Of a stretch of DNA of 56,806 nt, positions 26,211 to 35,995 are shown one piece after another (within the stretch, counting starts at the first letter, position 1; the number at the start of each line of letters is the position of its first letter). Both the position numbers and the translations under genes were made by a program. Origin of the DNA: a virus. Taxonomy: Duplodnaviria; Caudoviricetes. Under the pieces are notes generated by a model. It ran no database searches. It was given only the letters and a program-made list of their open reading frames with translations, and was not told the DNA's origin. Location: the IMG/VR virus record IMGVR_UViG_3300027805_000017, positions 1-56,806 of that record; one strand, 5' to 3'.

Positions 26211-28373
26211 ATGGCCACAAAAACTCTTGCTGACGTATATGACCAATATCTTGGACGCGCGCCGGATGCGGCGGGTGCAGAGTATTGGAATCAGCAGTTG
26301 GCGGGTGGCTCAAGCCTTGCGGATGTAGAGCGCGCTATTGCGGCGTCTTCTGAGGCGTCGAAGTTAGCGGCTGCACCGCGAAAAGCTGCTGTCAATAACC
26401 CTACTTTTCAGGAAGCGAACAGGGACGTAGAGTTTGCCAAGCCGATGAAGGTGACTGCCGCTGCGGTCAGTAATGTCTTGCGGGATCTGCAGGGCGGAAA
26501 AACGCAAGGCGAGTGGGTGCCTGAACGGGTTCTGTCTAACGGACAGATTAAATATAAGTTTGTGGGCGATTTAGGTACGCCTAAGTTGGCGGACGTATAC
26601 GGAATTTATGCAAGTCTGCCTGACACCGTATCTTCTTGGGGTGAATTGGCTGACCAGATTTCGTACTTACAGGCTAACCCACAGCAGCAGTTAACTGCCC
26701 CTCCTGCGGATCAGTCGCGGGGCTACTACGGTTCGTTGGCCTTGGCTATGGATGCATCACCCACGGGACAATTAACGCGTGAGCAGCAGCGTGCAATTGC
26801 GGCGCCTTACTACGCAATGACCACGGACGCGGAAGGCAATCGTACCCGCACAATGAAGGATTTGATGTACCTTCAACCTGGCACAGATTATTATCAACAG
26901 ATTCGGAATGCGGGCACGGCTGCGCAGCAATTGCAGCAGTTAAACAATACCTCGATGCAGCCGGTTAACTACGGCACAGCAGCAGGCACTACCTCTGGCT
27001 ACAACCCTGCTCAAATCACAGGTGCGCAGACCGTGGAAGTCCCATCGTATGGTTCGTCTACTCCTACACAAAACGGCTATGGCACAACCCCTGGCGCATA
27101 TCGCCCCGTGACCCCGCTGCCCTTTGGTGATGTATTGAGTCAGACCATGCAACCTGCGTCCACACCCTTTACGATGCCACAGCAGCAGCCTGTGTTTGGA
27201 GGACCGGTTAACGTACCGAGCACCAATCCTTTTGACACAACCTACACGCAGCCTGAGACTTTTGTATATCCCGCACAAACGCAACTTCCTCCCATGCAGT
27301 ACGCTAACCCCTTTGAGCCTGCGATGTTTGCAGAGGGCGGGGAAGTCAATCAGACTGGGTTTATGGAAGTAGGCACGCCTGGCTTTATGTCGCAGGCCAT
27401 GTCTGGGCAAATGCCGACTTATCAATACCCAGCTTACGGCGGAATGCCGCAGGACGTGTTTGATTGGACGGCGCCACGTGTCTCGCAAGGCAAACTCATT
27501 CAGCCTCCTCGCCAAGCGCCCGCGCAGTTTGTGGCGCCTCTGTATACTGCCTCTACTATGCCCCTCTTTGGTGGAAGCCCGACAAACACTGTTATTGGTG
27601 GTACGGGCAACGACATCTTTGCCCCAACCCCCATTACTCCGGTAGACACCGTTACGGGTGGCACGGGCAACGACATAATTACTACCCCGCCTGTAGACTA
27701 CACCCCTGCGATTACACAAGCCTACAGCGACATTCTCGGGCGAACGCCTGATGCAGCGGGCTTGAGTTATTGGTCAAACTTGGCCAACCAAGGCGTAAGC
27801 ATGGACGATATTCGTCGTGATATCCAGCTTAATGAGAACCAACTGATTTCGCAAGCGTACAAGGACATTCTTGGCCGTGATGAGGTTGACGCTCCGGGTT
27901 TGGCTTACTGGGCTAACAGTGGCCAAGACATGGACACGATCCGTCGCAATATACAGCTTAACAAAGAACAGCAAGGCATCGCAGCATTGCCCGTGGCCCA
28001 AGGAACTACAACGCCTGTTGCGGAAACGGCACCTGTTGTTGCGCCCGTAGCACCCGTAATTGCGCCCCCAGTCCCCAGACAATATTTCCAGACTACAAAC
28101 TATGAGTCTGGCGAGGGGTATATGGTCGATCTTCCAACCCCAATGGCGGGTTTTGAAGCCGACGCTTCTGGCGGTAGTTGGTACAACTCAAGCGACAGCA
28201 GTGGTGCTGTTGGCGCAAATGCTGGCGCAGAGGCAGCCGCCGCCGCTGCTGATGCCGCAGCCTCCGCAGCTAATAATGATGGCCCCGGTGATGGAGTAGG
28301 ATCAGCCGGTAATGACGCAGGCGCCGCTGGTCAAGGCGCGGGAACCGGGGCGGAAGGTACTGGTAACGAATAA
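26211..28373 (+). CDS. 720-aa low-complexity protein with three DUF4214-like repeats and two GGTGND motifs
   Basis: YDQYLGRAPDAAGAEYW, YSDILGRTPDAAGLSYW, YKDILGRDEVDAPGLAYW; AAGGA RBS. Confidence 0.75.
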   Translation: MATKTLADVYDQYLGRAPDAAGAEYWNQQLAGGSSLADVERAIAASSEASKLAAAPRKAAVNNPTFQEANRDVEFAKPMKVTAAAVSNVLRDLQGGKTQGEWVPERVLSNGQIKYKFVGDLGTPKLADVYGIYASLPDTVSSWGELADQISYLQANPQQQLTAPPADQSRGYYGSLALAMDASPTGQLTREQQRAIAAPYYAMTTDAEGNRTRTMKDLMYLQPGTDYYQQIRNAGTAAQQLQQLNNTSMQPVNYGTAAGTTSGYNPAQITGAQTVEVPSYGSSTPTQNGYGTTPGAYRPVTPLPFGDVLSQTMQPASTPFTMPQQQPVFGGPVNVPSTNPFDTTYTQPETFVYPAQTQLPPMQYANPFEPAMFAEGGEVNQTGFMEVGTPGFMSQAMSGQMPTYQYPAYGGMPQDVFDWTAPRVSQGKLIQPPRQAPAQFVAPLYTASTMPLFGGSPTNTVIGGTGNDIFAPTPITPVDTVTGGTGNDIITTPPVDYTPAITQAYSDILGRTPDAAGLSYWSNLANQGVSMDDIRRDIQLNENQLISQAYKDILGRDEVDAPGLAYWANSGQDMDTIRRNIQLNKEQQGIAALPVAQGTTTPVAETAPVVAPVAPVIAPPVPRQYFQTTNYESGEGYMVDLPTPMAGFEADASGGSWYNSSDSSGAVGANAGAEAAAAAADAAASAANNDGPGDGVGSAGNDAGAAGQGAGTGAEGTGNE

Positions 28374-28391
28374 CACAACAAGGTCATACAT

Positions 28392-30755
28392 ATGTCAGTA
28401 GATAAGGCAATAAATCCTGCGCCGTTGACGGTTGAGATTGAACAACCGGACATGCCTGACGTTGAGATCATCCTTGAGGATGACGGCAGTGCTGTCATTG
28501 AGATAGGCGACGAGGATGAGGTTGGTTTTTACGGCAACTTAGCCGAGGTCATTGATGAGGGCGAGTTGGCTCACGTCTCCATTGAGCTCATGGCGATGTT
28601 TGATGCTGACAAATCCGGCCGTGGTGACTGGGAACAGATGTACTCCAAGGGCTTGGAGTTGCTGGGGCTCAAGATTGAGGAGCGCACGAAGCCATTCCGA
28701 GGTGCGGCGGGTGCGGTGCATCCCATGCTGACCGAGGCGATTGTGCAGTTCCAGTCCCAAGCTATGAAGGAATTGATGCCGGCGGGCGGCCCTGTGCGTA
28801 CACAGATCGTGGGCAAAGAGACTTTAGACAAGTCGCAGCAAGCGGCGCGCGTGCAAGACTTCATGAACTACCAGATTACGTCTGTCATGAAGGAATACAC
28901 GCCTGAGTTTGACCAGTTGCTCTTCTACACGGGCTACGGCGGCTCGGCATTTAAGAAGATTTACTACGACGAGCAGCTCGAGCGCATGGTGAGCAAGCTC
29001 TGTTTGCCTGATGACGTGTACATCCCGTATTGGGGATCGAGTGTCATGAGCGAATGCCCACGGATCACGCATCGTATTGCGATGGATTCCAACGCATTTC
29101 GCAAGCGCGTGGTTTCCGGCGAGTACTTAGATACGCTTGTTTCGCCGAATACGAGTTCTGGGGATGCCAGTCAGATCCGTTATTCGATTGACAAGCAGAC
29201 AGGGGTTGTGGAATCCGGTGCGCCAGAAGAGCTTTTCCTGTTGGAGTTCCAAGTAGACTTGGATATTCCTGGCTTTGAGGATTTGGATGAGGACGGCGAG
29301 CCCACGGGTATCAAGCTTCCTTACGTTGTGACTATTGAAGAGAACAGCGGTTCGGTCATCGCGGTTCGTCGCAATTGGGTCGAGGGCGATCCGAAATGCT
29401 GCCGACGCGAATACTTCGTGCATTACGTCTTGGTTGAGGGTTTGGGTGCTTATGGCTTGGGTTTTGTTCACCTAATAGGTGGATTGTCCAAGACTGCGAC
29501 TGCGGCCCTTCGTCAATTGCTTGATGCGGGTACACTCTCGAACCTACCGGCAGGCTTTAAGGCTAAAGGCGCGCGGATCGCGGACGATGATCAACCGATT
29601 CAGCCAGGTGAGTGGCGTGATATTGACGCGGGTGGCGCAGAACTAAGCTCTTCGCTCTTACCTTTGCCGTACAAAGAGCCTTCACAGACCTTGATGCAGC
29701 TTCTTGGCTTTACGGTCGAGGCAGGAAAGCGTCTGGCAAGCACGGCTGACATGCAAGTGGGTGATGGCAACCAAGCTGCGGCGGTGGGAACTACGATTGC
29801 ACTGCTTGAGCGTGGCTCGATGGTGATGTCTGCCATCCACAAGCGCATGCATTATGCTCAGAAAATGGAATTTGAGATGCTGGCCAGAGGTTTTGGCGAG
29901 TATCTGCCTGATGAGTATCCATATGACGTGCCTGGCGCATCACGGAGCATCAAAAAGCGCGACTTTAACAACATGGTTGCGGTCTTGCCTGTTGCGGATC
30001 CTAACATTTTCTCTGCTGCACAGCGTATTTCTCTGGCTCAGACGCAATTACAGTTGGCGCAAAGCGCGCCACAGATGCATAACATGTACGAAGCGTATTA
30101 TCGCGTGTACGCATCGCTGAATGTGCGTGATATTGACGGTATTTTGCGCCCTCAGAACTCACAAATGCCCAAGGATCCGTCAACCGAGAACGCTGACGTG
30201 TTGGACGGCATGCAATTAAAGGCGTTTGCTGGCCAACAGCACGATGCGCACATTGCAACGCACCTGATGATGGGTCTGTCCCCAATTATTGGGTCGCAGC
30301 CCATGGCGGCCATGGCTTTGCAGAAGCATATTCTTGAGCACGTACGTCTGAAAGCCGAAGAGGACACAGAAGTCGATCTCTTTAAGCAATACGGCATTGA
30401 TCCTGGTCAGATGGTTTCTGAAATCCAGCGTGAAGGCATGATTGCCATCAAGTGTGCGCAGTACATGCAGCAAGTGCGTGATCTGCAAAACCAGTTGGCA
30501 GGCGGTGGTGGTCAAACCGATCCGGTGGTCGCGCTCAAGGAACAGGAACTCAAGCAGCAAGCGGCCAAGGATGAGGCTGATTTGCAGATTGACCAACAGC
30601 AGTTGGCCATTGACCGTGAAAAGATTGCACAGTCCGAGAAATCAAACCAAATGCGTGTTCAAACACAGCAAAACATCGCTGATCAGCGTGCGGAAGTCGC
30701 ACGTGAGCGCGCACGAATCCTGCAACAGGGTATGGAGAGACGTAATGCCAATTAA
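28392..30755 (+). CDS. Portal protein
   Basis: 787 aa after terL; HPMLTEAIVQFQ, GSAFKKIYYD, YGLGFVHL, Q-rich coiled-coil C-terminus like P22-type portals. Confidence 0.88.
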   Translation: MSVDKAINPAPLTVEIEQPDMPDVEIILEDDGSAVIEIGDEDEVGFYGNLAEVIDEGELAHVSIELMAMFDADKSGRGDWEQMYSKGLELLGLKIEERTKPFRGAAGAVHPMLTEAIVQFQSQAMKELMPAGGPVRTQIVGKETLDKSQQAARVQDFMNYQITSVMKEYTPEFDQLLFYTGYGGSAFKKIYYDEQLERMVSKLCLPDDVYIPYWGSSVMSECPRITHRIAMDSNAFRKRVVSGEYLDTLVSPNTSSGDASQIRYSIDKQTGVVESGAPEELFLLEFQVDLDIPGFEDLDEDGEPTGIKLPYVVTIEENSGSVIAVRRNWVEGDPKCCRREYFVHYVLVEGLGAYGLGFVHLIGGLSKTATAALRQLLDAGTLSNLPAGFKAKGARIADDDQPIQPGEWRDIDAGGAELSSSLLPLPYKEPSQTLMQLLGFTVEAGKRLASTADMQVGDGNQAAAVGTTIALLERGSMVMSAIHKRMHYAQKMEFEMLARGFGEYLPDEYPYDVPGASRSIKKRDFNNMVAVLPVADPNIFSAAQRISLAQTQLQLAQSAPQMHNMYEAYYRVYASLNVRDIDGILRPQNSQMPKDPSTENADVLDGMQLKAFAGQQHDAHIATHLMMGLSPIIGSQPMAAMALQKHILEHVRLKAEEDTEVDLFKQYGIDPGQMVSEIQREGMIAIKCAQYMQQVRDLQNQLAGGGGQTDPVVALKEQELKQQAAKDEADLQIDQQQLAIDREKIAQSEKSNQMRVQTQQNIADQRAEVARERARILQQGMERRNAN

Positions 30756-30984
30756 AAAAGGCAGGAGCGACAAGGTCGTGAGTGGAAATATTTCAGAGAT
30801 TGTGAGAGACTATGACAAATCTGGAACGATAGGCAAAAGCAAACCCGCAAGCAAGGCAAAAGCGGTTAAGCAAGCGGTTGCGATTTCTTTGTCTACAGCA
30901 GGTCGCTCGAAAAAGATGCGTGATGGTGGTGTGGTTCGCACCATTAAGAAACGTGATGGCAATCAGCCCGTAAAAATTTACTAG
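30745..30984 (+). CDS. Small basic protein (79 aa; KQAVAISLS, DUF6496-like)
   Basis: GGAG RBS before ATG 30745; carries MRDGGVV tag. Confidence 0.7.
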   Translation: MPIKKGRSDKVVSGNISEIVRDYDKSGTIGKSKPASKAKAVKQAVAISLSTAGRSKKMRDGGVVRTIKKRDGNQPVKIY

Positions 30985-30993
30985 GAGCATTTT

Positions 30994-31329
30994 ATGCCCA
31001 ACAAGTCCCAAGTTCGTAAGCCTACTGCTGACCAGAAAAAAGAGATGGAGCAGTCACGCCAAAAGCTTCAGCGCGCACAGCGCGAAGAAAACGACCTACT
31101 TAGTAGGATTGCGCCTATGTTTGGCAAAGCTGCGCGTGATGATGCAAAGCAGGCAAAGAAGGACATGGAGGCGGTGCCAAAGGCTGTTCGTGACTACGAA
31201 GACATGGCTGCCTCTGAAGTGCAATACCCCGATGACGGCACAACGCCCATCAAAAAGAGCAAAGGCGGTATGGTCACGGCTCGCGGTCAGGGCTGCGTGA
31301 TGAAAAAGAAATCCACACGAATGTATTGA
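30994..31329 (+). CDS. Hypothetical protein (111 aa)
   Basis: AGGAG RBS; C-terminal KSKGGMVTARGQG. Confidence 0.7.
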   Translation: MPNKSQVRKPTADQKKEMEQSRQKLQRAQREENDLLSRIAPMFGKAARDDAKQAKKDMEAVPKAVRDYEDMAASEVQYPDDGTTPIKKSKGGMVTARGQGCVMKKKSTRMY

Positions 31330-31384
31330 AATTTATGGCCTTCAGACGGTGGCTTGTTACTGTCTGCCTTACATGGAATAGACC

Positions 31385-31576
31385 ATGCTTGAATTTGCAG
31401 AAGCAGTCCTGAAAGAAATCAGGAAACTGCAGCAGGACTCGGAGATGATTGTGCTCAATGGCACAATCGCTGATATGGAACGCTATCGTTTCATGATGGG
31501 TCGCCTCGAAGGTTTAAAAATGGTAGAGAACTCTGTTCGTGAAGTATTGAAGAGGGCTCGACAAGATGATTTTTAA
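31385..31576 (+). CDS. Conserved head-operon hypothetical protein (63 aa)
   Basis: G..DMERYRFMMGRLEGL motif, directly before GroES. Confidence 0.7.
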   Translation: MLEFAEAVLKEIRKLQQDSEMIVLNGTIADMERYRFMMGRLEGLKMVENSVREVLKRARQDDF

Positions 31577-31593
31577 CCAAGAGGGAGTGACCA

Positions 31594-32058
31594 GTGGAAG
31601 CTGAGAAAACGTTAACTGCGCTTGAGCGCAAGTGGCAGCAAGAAGCCTTGGAGAAAGGTCCAAGTCTAGACGACGCCTATACGGCAGACGGGGAATTTGA
31701 TCCCTCGAAGCTTGAAGGCGAAGTAATGGACAGGATTCCAACCCCAACAGGCTGGCGCATGGCCATTTTGCCGTATCGAGGTGCGGAGAAATCCAAAGGC
31801 GGTATTGTTCTTGCCGAAGAAACCCAAAAGCGTACGCAATTAGCCACGACATGTGGCTATGTACTAAAGATGGGTGACTTGGCGTTTAAGGACGAGTCTA
31901 AATTCCCTCACGGTCCGTGGTGCAAGGAGGGGGATTGGATCATCTTTGGTCGTTACGCGGGTTCTAGGATCTCTATTGATGGTGGAGAGATTCGTATCTT
32001 GAACGATGACGAGATTATTGGCGTGCTCAATGATCCTTCTGATATTTTGCATATGTAA
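31594..32058 (+). CDS. groES: Co-chaperonin GroES (Cpn10)-like protein
   Basis: PTGWRMAI..KSKGGIVL..GYVLKMG..KEGDWIIFGRYAGS..RILNDDEIIGV. Confidence 0.88.
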   Translation: MEAEKTLTALERKWQQEALEKGPSLDDAYTADGEFDPSKLEGEVMDRIPTPTGWRMAILPYRGAEKSKGGIVLAEETQKRTQLATTCGYVLKMGDLAFKDESKFPHGPWCKEGDWIIFGRYAGSRISIDGGEIRILNDDEIIGVLNDPSDILHM

Positions 32059-32068
32059 GGGGTAGGGA

Positions 32069-33001
32069 ATGGATAACCAAGAACTAGAGTACAAGATCGG
32101 AGAGGACGAAAAGCCTGCTACGGTCGAGATTTCTTCTGATAACGAGGCGGTCTTGCAAGAAGAGCCTGAGCAGCGGGTCGTGACTCAGGAATCATCGGAC
32201 AAAAATGCTGATGGCGAAGAAGAGCTTGAGGAATACAGCGGCAAGGTCAAGAAGCGTATAGACAAGCTTACGGCTCGCTTACGCGAGACACAGCGCCGTG
32301 AGGAAGCGGCCATTACGTTTGCCAAGAATGTGCAAGCGCGGTCCAAGCAACTTGAGGAGCAGTTCTACCGCACGGACGCCGAGCGCTTGGGGCATGCTAA
32401 GAGTCGCATGGAAACAGAAACCATGACACTTAAGCAGATTATTCGTAAAGCGCGTGAGGAAGGCGACATTGACACAGAGACTGAGGCACAAGAGCGTTTG
32501 ACCTCTCTTTTGTATGATCAGCGTCGTTTATCTGAGGCTACTACACAGCGCCAAGCGCAGATGCAGCAGTACCAACAGCAGCAAGAAGCGTTGCGTCAAC
32601 AGCCTGTTGTCCAGCCGCGGCGCGCGGAGCCTGATCCTCAGGCAGAGGAGTGGGCGGAGCGCAATCAGTGGTTTGGTCGCGACGTGGCCATGACACATGC
32701 TGCTCAGGGGATACACATTCAGCTTGTTAAGAACGAAAAGTTTGACCCAAACTCAAATGAGTATTATGATGAGCTAGACCGACGTATTCAGGAATCCTTT
32801 CCACATAAGTTTTCTGACAACGCCAATCGAAATTCCAGAGCCAATCGACCCGTGCAAACGGTTGCGCCTGCCACCCGATCTTCGGGAGTCAATAATAGTA
32901 GTTCCGCACGCCGCACGGTTAGGTTAAACCCTAGTCAAGTTGCGATTGCTAAAAAATTAGGTGTTCCTCTCGAGGAATATGCCAAGTATGTTAAGGATTA
33001 A
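32069..33001 (+). CDS. Probable scaffolding protein
   Basis: Acidic N-terminus, long coiled coil, C-terminal IAKKLGVPLEEYAK; upstream of capsid genes. Confidence 0.65.
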   Translation: MDNQELEYKIGEDEKPATVEISSDNEAVLQEEPEQRVVTQESSDKNADGEEELEEYSGKVKKRIDKLTARLRETQRREEAAITFAKNVQARSKQLEEQFYRTDAERLGHAKSRMETETMTLKQIIRKAREEGDIDTETEAQERLTSLLYDQRRLSEATTQRQAQMQQYQQQQEALRQQPVVQPRRAEPDPQAEEWAERNQWFGRDVAMTHAAQGIHIQLVKNEKFDPNSNEYYDELDRRIQESFPHKFSDNANRNSRANRPVQTVAPATRSSGVNNSSSARRTVRLNPSQVAIAKKLGVPLEEYAKYVKD

Positions 33002-33004
33002 GCC

Positions 33005-33487
33005 ATGAGTGAAATCAACGTGCCAAAATTGAATCGCAATCCTCGCACAGTGGAAACACGTGAGAAAGATGCGCGCCGTAAACCATGGGCTCCTCCATCA
33101 CGCTTGGATGCGCCTCCTGCCCCAGAGGGGTTCCGTCACCGTTGGATTCGTTCCGAAGTCAATGGCGTGGATGACCGTATTAACGTGTCTTCCAAGCTAC
33201 GTGAAGGATATGAGTTGGTTCGCGCCGACGAACATCCCGAATTCCAGTCTCCCTCGGTAGAAGATGGTCGTCACGCTGGTGTTATCAGCGTAGGTGGCTT
33301 GATGCTTGCACGGATTCCAGAAGAAACAGCAGAGGAACGCAAAGCATATTACGCTGCGCGAACGCATGACCAGTTAAGGTCTGTTGACAATGAACTGTTA
33401 AAGACGAATGCACATTCGTCCATGAAAATTAACAGGCCAGAGAGACAGACAAAAGTATCCTTTGGTGGCCCCAAGGACGACCAATAA
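33005..33487 (+). CDS. Conserved head-operon protein
   Basis: WAPPSRLDAP..RWIR..GGLMLARIP; position. Confidence 0.65.
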   Translation: MSEINVPKLNRNPRTVETREKDARRKPWAPPSRLDAPPAPEGFRHRWIRSEVNGVDDRINVSSKLREGYELVRADEHPEFQSPSVEDGRHAGVISVGGLMLARIPEETAEERKAYYAARTHDQLRSVDNELLKTNAHSSMKINRPERQTKVSFGGPKDDQ

Positions 33488-33509
33488 ACCCTATTAAGGA
33501 AATGACAAA

Positions 33510-34088
33510 ATGGCAAATATCGACAAGCCTTTTGGTCTAAAGCCTCTCGGTAATCTTTCTGCTACTGGCGCACAGAAGCAGTATGGTTACGTGATTGCTG
33601 ATGATCAAGCCGGCGCAATTTTTCAAGGTGACCTCGTTACCGTTTTTGACGGCTACTTGGTTCAATATGATCCCGCTGTGCACACTGCCGCTGTTGGTGT
33701 GTTTAACGGCTGCTTCTACAATGACCCAACTACACAAAAGCCAACTTGGAAAAACTACTACCCAGGTAGCGTGGATGTGACTATCGGCCAGATTCAGGCT
33801 GATGTCATTGATGACCCAAGCCAGCTTTTTATCATTCAAGCTGCGTCTAGCGTCACACAAGCATATGTTGGCTGGAACGCTGACGTGTCTGTTGGCACAG
33901 GCAATACTACGACTGGTGTTTCTGGTATGGAATTGGCGGGTACCCCCGCAAAAACCGCCGCATTGGATCTGAAGATTGTTGGCTTGTACAACGTCCCAGG
34001 CAATGAATTCGGCACCAATGCAGTTGTCGTGGTGAAGATTAACCAACACCTCTACGGCAGCGCTGGTGTTATTGGACAAGGAACCTAA
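33510..34088 (+). CDS. Probable capsid decoration/minor head protein
   Basis: MAN.D.PFGL.P..IFQGDLV beta-rich; immediately upstream of MCP. Confidence 0.65.
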   Translation: MANIDKPFGLKPLGNLSATGAQKQYGYVIADDQAGAIFQGDLVTVFDGYLVQYDPAVHTAAVGVFNGCFYNDPTTQKPTWKNYYPGSVDVTIGQIQADVIDDPSQLFIIQAASSVTQAYVGWNADVSVGTGNTTTGVSGMELAGTPAKTAALDLKIVGLYNVPGNEFGTNAVVVVKINQHLYGSAGVIGQGT

Positions 34089-34090
34089 TC

Positions 34091-34999
34091 ATGGCTATTT
34101 CACGCGCACAACTAGTAAAAGAACTTGAGCCTGGTCTCAACGCCTTGTTTGGCCTTGAGTATAAAAACTACGATCAAGAACACAAAGAGATCTATGACAT
34201 CGAGTCATCTGATCGTGCTTTTGAAGAGGAAGTCATGCTCTCCGGTTTCGGTGAAGCTCCTGTTAAGACCGAAGGTGCAGGTGTCTCTTATGACAATGCA
34301 CAGGAAGTCTACACAGCGCGCTATACACACGAAACGATTGCATTGGCCTTCTCGCTGACCGAGGAAGCCGTTGAGGATAACCTTTACGACCGTCTCGCTG
34401 CTCGTTACACCAAGGCTCTTGCCCGTTCGATGGCTACCACCAAGCAGATCAAAGCTGCTGCAGTGCTCAATGGCGCTTTCACCACCTCCATCGGTGGCGA
34501 CGGTAAGCCTCTTTGCGCTTTGGATCACCCAACACTGGGCGGCCCAGATCTTAAGAACGAGCTTGCAACTCCTGCTGACTTGACAGAAACATCGCTTGAG
34601 CAGTCTCTGATTGACATTGCAGCTTTCACCGACGAACGTGGCCTAAAAATCGCCGTTCAAGGTTTGAAGCTGATTGTTCCAAAAGAGCTCCAGTTCACAG
34701 CCGATCGTATCCTAAAGTCTACACTGCGTGTTGGCACAGCCGATAACGACATCAATGCCATCAAAAACATGGGCATGGTGCCACAAGGCTACAGCGTCAA
34801 CCACTACCTGACTGACCCAGATGCTTTCTTCATCCTGACAGATGCTCCAAACGGCATGAAAATGTTTGAGCGTGTAAGCATGAAGACTGGTTTCGAAGGC
34901 GACTTCGATACAGGCAACGTGCGCTTCAAGGCGCGCGAACGCTACTCGTTTGGTTTTAGCGACGCTAGAGGCATTTTCGGTTCACCCGGAACGCCTTAA
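34091..34999 (+). CDS. Major capsid protein (Mu gpT-like, HK97 fold)
   Basis: AISRAQLVKELEPGLNALFG, DGKPL..DHP, LIVPKEL, FKARERYSFG; followed by terminator. Confidence 0.88.
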   Translation: MAISRAQLVKELEPGLNALFGLEYKNYDQEHKEIYDIESSDRAFEEEVMLSGFGEAPVKTEGAGVSYDNAQEVYTARYTHETIALAFSLTEEAVEDNLYDRLAARYTKALARSMATTKQIKAAAVLNGAFTTSIGGDGKPLCALDHPTLGGPDLKNELATPADLTETSLEQSLIDIAAFTDERGLKIAVQGLKLIVPKELQFTADRILKSTLRVGTADNDINAIKNMGMVPQGYSVNHYLTDPDAFFILTDAPNGMKMFERVSMKTGFEGDFDTGNVRFKARERYSFGFSDARGIFGSPGTP

Positions 35000-35019
35000 T
35001 AAAGCACTTAGGTGATTTA

Positions 35020-35050
35020 GCCCCGCTCACAAGGCGGGGTTTTTCTTTTT
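35020..35050 (+). terminator. Intrinsic terminator after MCP
   Basis: GCCCCGCT-CACAA-GGCGGGGT then TTTTCTTTTT. Confidence 0.8.
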
Positions 35051-35407
35051 CTTCGCCAGTCTTTTTCTTGACCGCTCGTCATGATGATGGATTCTGTGAC
35101 AATTTGAACAAAGCGGGACACATTTTTTTATTTCTTCTAGTGCGGCGGAGAAGTTATTGCAGCGCAGTATTTCAAATATTTTTCTGTCTCCTGGAGACGG
35201 AGACACGTGATGAAAGTCAATTGCCGCCGGATGAGATAGGCCGCACTTGATGCAACTGACGCTTTCTTTGTATTCTATCCATTGCGTTCTAATTGACTTT
35301 TTCCTGGTTTGCGTTCTTTTTATGACTTCACTTTTGTTTGCTTCGTAGTGTTTTCTTGAATACTCACGATGCTTTAGCTTTCGCTTTTCTGGGTCTTTGT
35401 ACGGCAT
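35027..35407 (-). CDS. HNH endonuclease
   Basis: CIKCG..IDFHH..EEIKKCVPLCSNCHRIHH. Confidence 0.88.
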   Translation of the reverse strand: MPYKDPEKRKLKHREYSRKHYEANKSEVIKRTQTRKKSIRTQWIEYKESVSCIKCGLSHPAAIDFHHVSPSPGDRKIFEILRCNNFSAALEEIKKCVPLCSNCHRIHHHDERSRKRLAKKKKNPAL

Positions 35408-35849
35408 CTGCTGCGTCCTTCGAGATATTTAACCGCCAGTATAAGCTATGCTTAAAGCCCCAAGGGATAGACGGTTCATACAACTTAAAACCTTCGCTTA
35501 TTAAACTATTGCTGCTTGCTGGGTTTGCTGTTGTGTCGGTAATAAGCCAGTTCCAGTTTAACTTCTTTGCTTTGTTTACCCTAGCACGAATAAGTTTCTT
35601 CTGTATGCCATGGCCTGTGTACTCAGGCACGACTCCGGCACGGCACATATAGCCTGTGTCCCACCACCTTGAGGAACGGGTCAATCCTGCGAACCCAACA
35701 GGCAGGTTATTTTCCGTATATGCAATCCACCAGTGCCCGTGAGCCACGGCACATGGTTTGTCTGCAGGCAGACATTTCTTTTGCAGATAGAGCAATACAT
35801 TTCGTATTGACATATCCCTTGTATCTACATAGCGTATGTGGAAGCGCAT
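35364..35849 (-). CDS. GNAT-family acetyltransferase
   Basis: PVGFAGL..RAGVVPEYTGHGIQKKLI (motif A)..NPASSNSLISEGF. Confidence 0.85.
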   Translation of the reverse strand: MRFHIRYVDTRDMSIRNVLLYLQKKCLPADKPCAVAHGHWWIAYTENNLPVGFAGLTRSSRWWDTGYMCRAGVVPEYTGHGIQKKLIRARVNKAKKLNWNWLITDTTANPASSNSLISEGFKLYEPSIPWGFKHSLYWRLNISKDAADAVQRPRKAKAKAS

Positions 35850-35887
35850 AATGACTCTCCTAGAGTCTTATTTATAGCGTATTTATG

Positions 35888-35916
35888 TTGCATATTGGAG
35901 GTTAAAAGAGTATAAA
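35888..35916 (+). promoter_or_regulatory. Sigma70-like promoter
   Basis: TTGCAT-17 bp-TATAAA. Confidence 0.65.
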
Positions 35917-35922
35917 TATGAT

Positions 35923-35995
35923 ATCTGGGAACCTCCAGCTTTACTGACCGCCCCAGCGGACGATGCAGAGACAGTAAAGCAAAAGTACTGCATAT
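35923..35995 (+). ncRNA. Structured, possibly pseudoknotted leader RNA; candidate Mu-gpT-DE motif
   Basis: GCTTTACTG/CAGTAAAGC stem, CTGGG/CCCAG and ATGCAG/CTGCAT pairings; downstream of a gpT-like MCP; family name from memory, unverified. Confidence 0.55.

Noticed and set aside
30442-30744. N-terminal extension of ORF 30442-30984
   Set aside because: Overlaps the portal out of frame; the RBS supports a start at 30745
35619-35639. Heptapeptide AGVVPEY shared by the GNAT and the TerL C-terminus
   Set aside because: Codons differ and in the GNAT it is part of acetyl-CoA motif A; most likely coincidence
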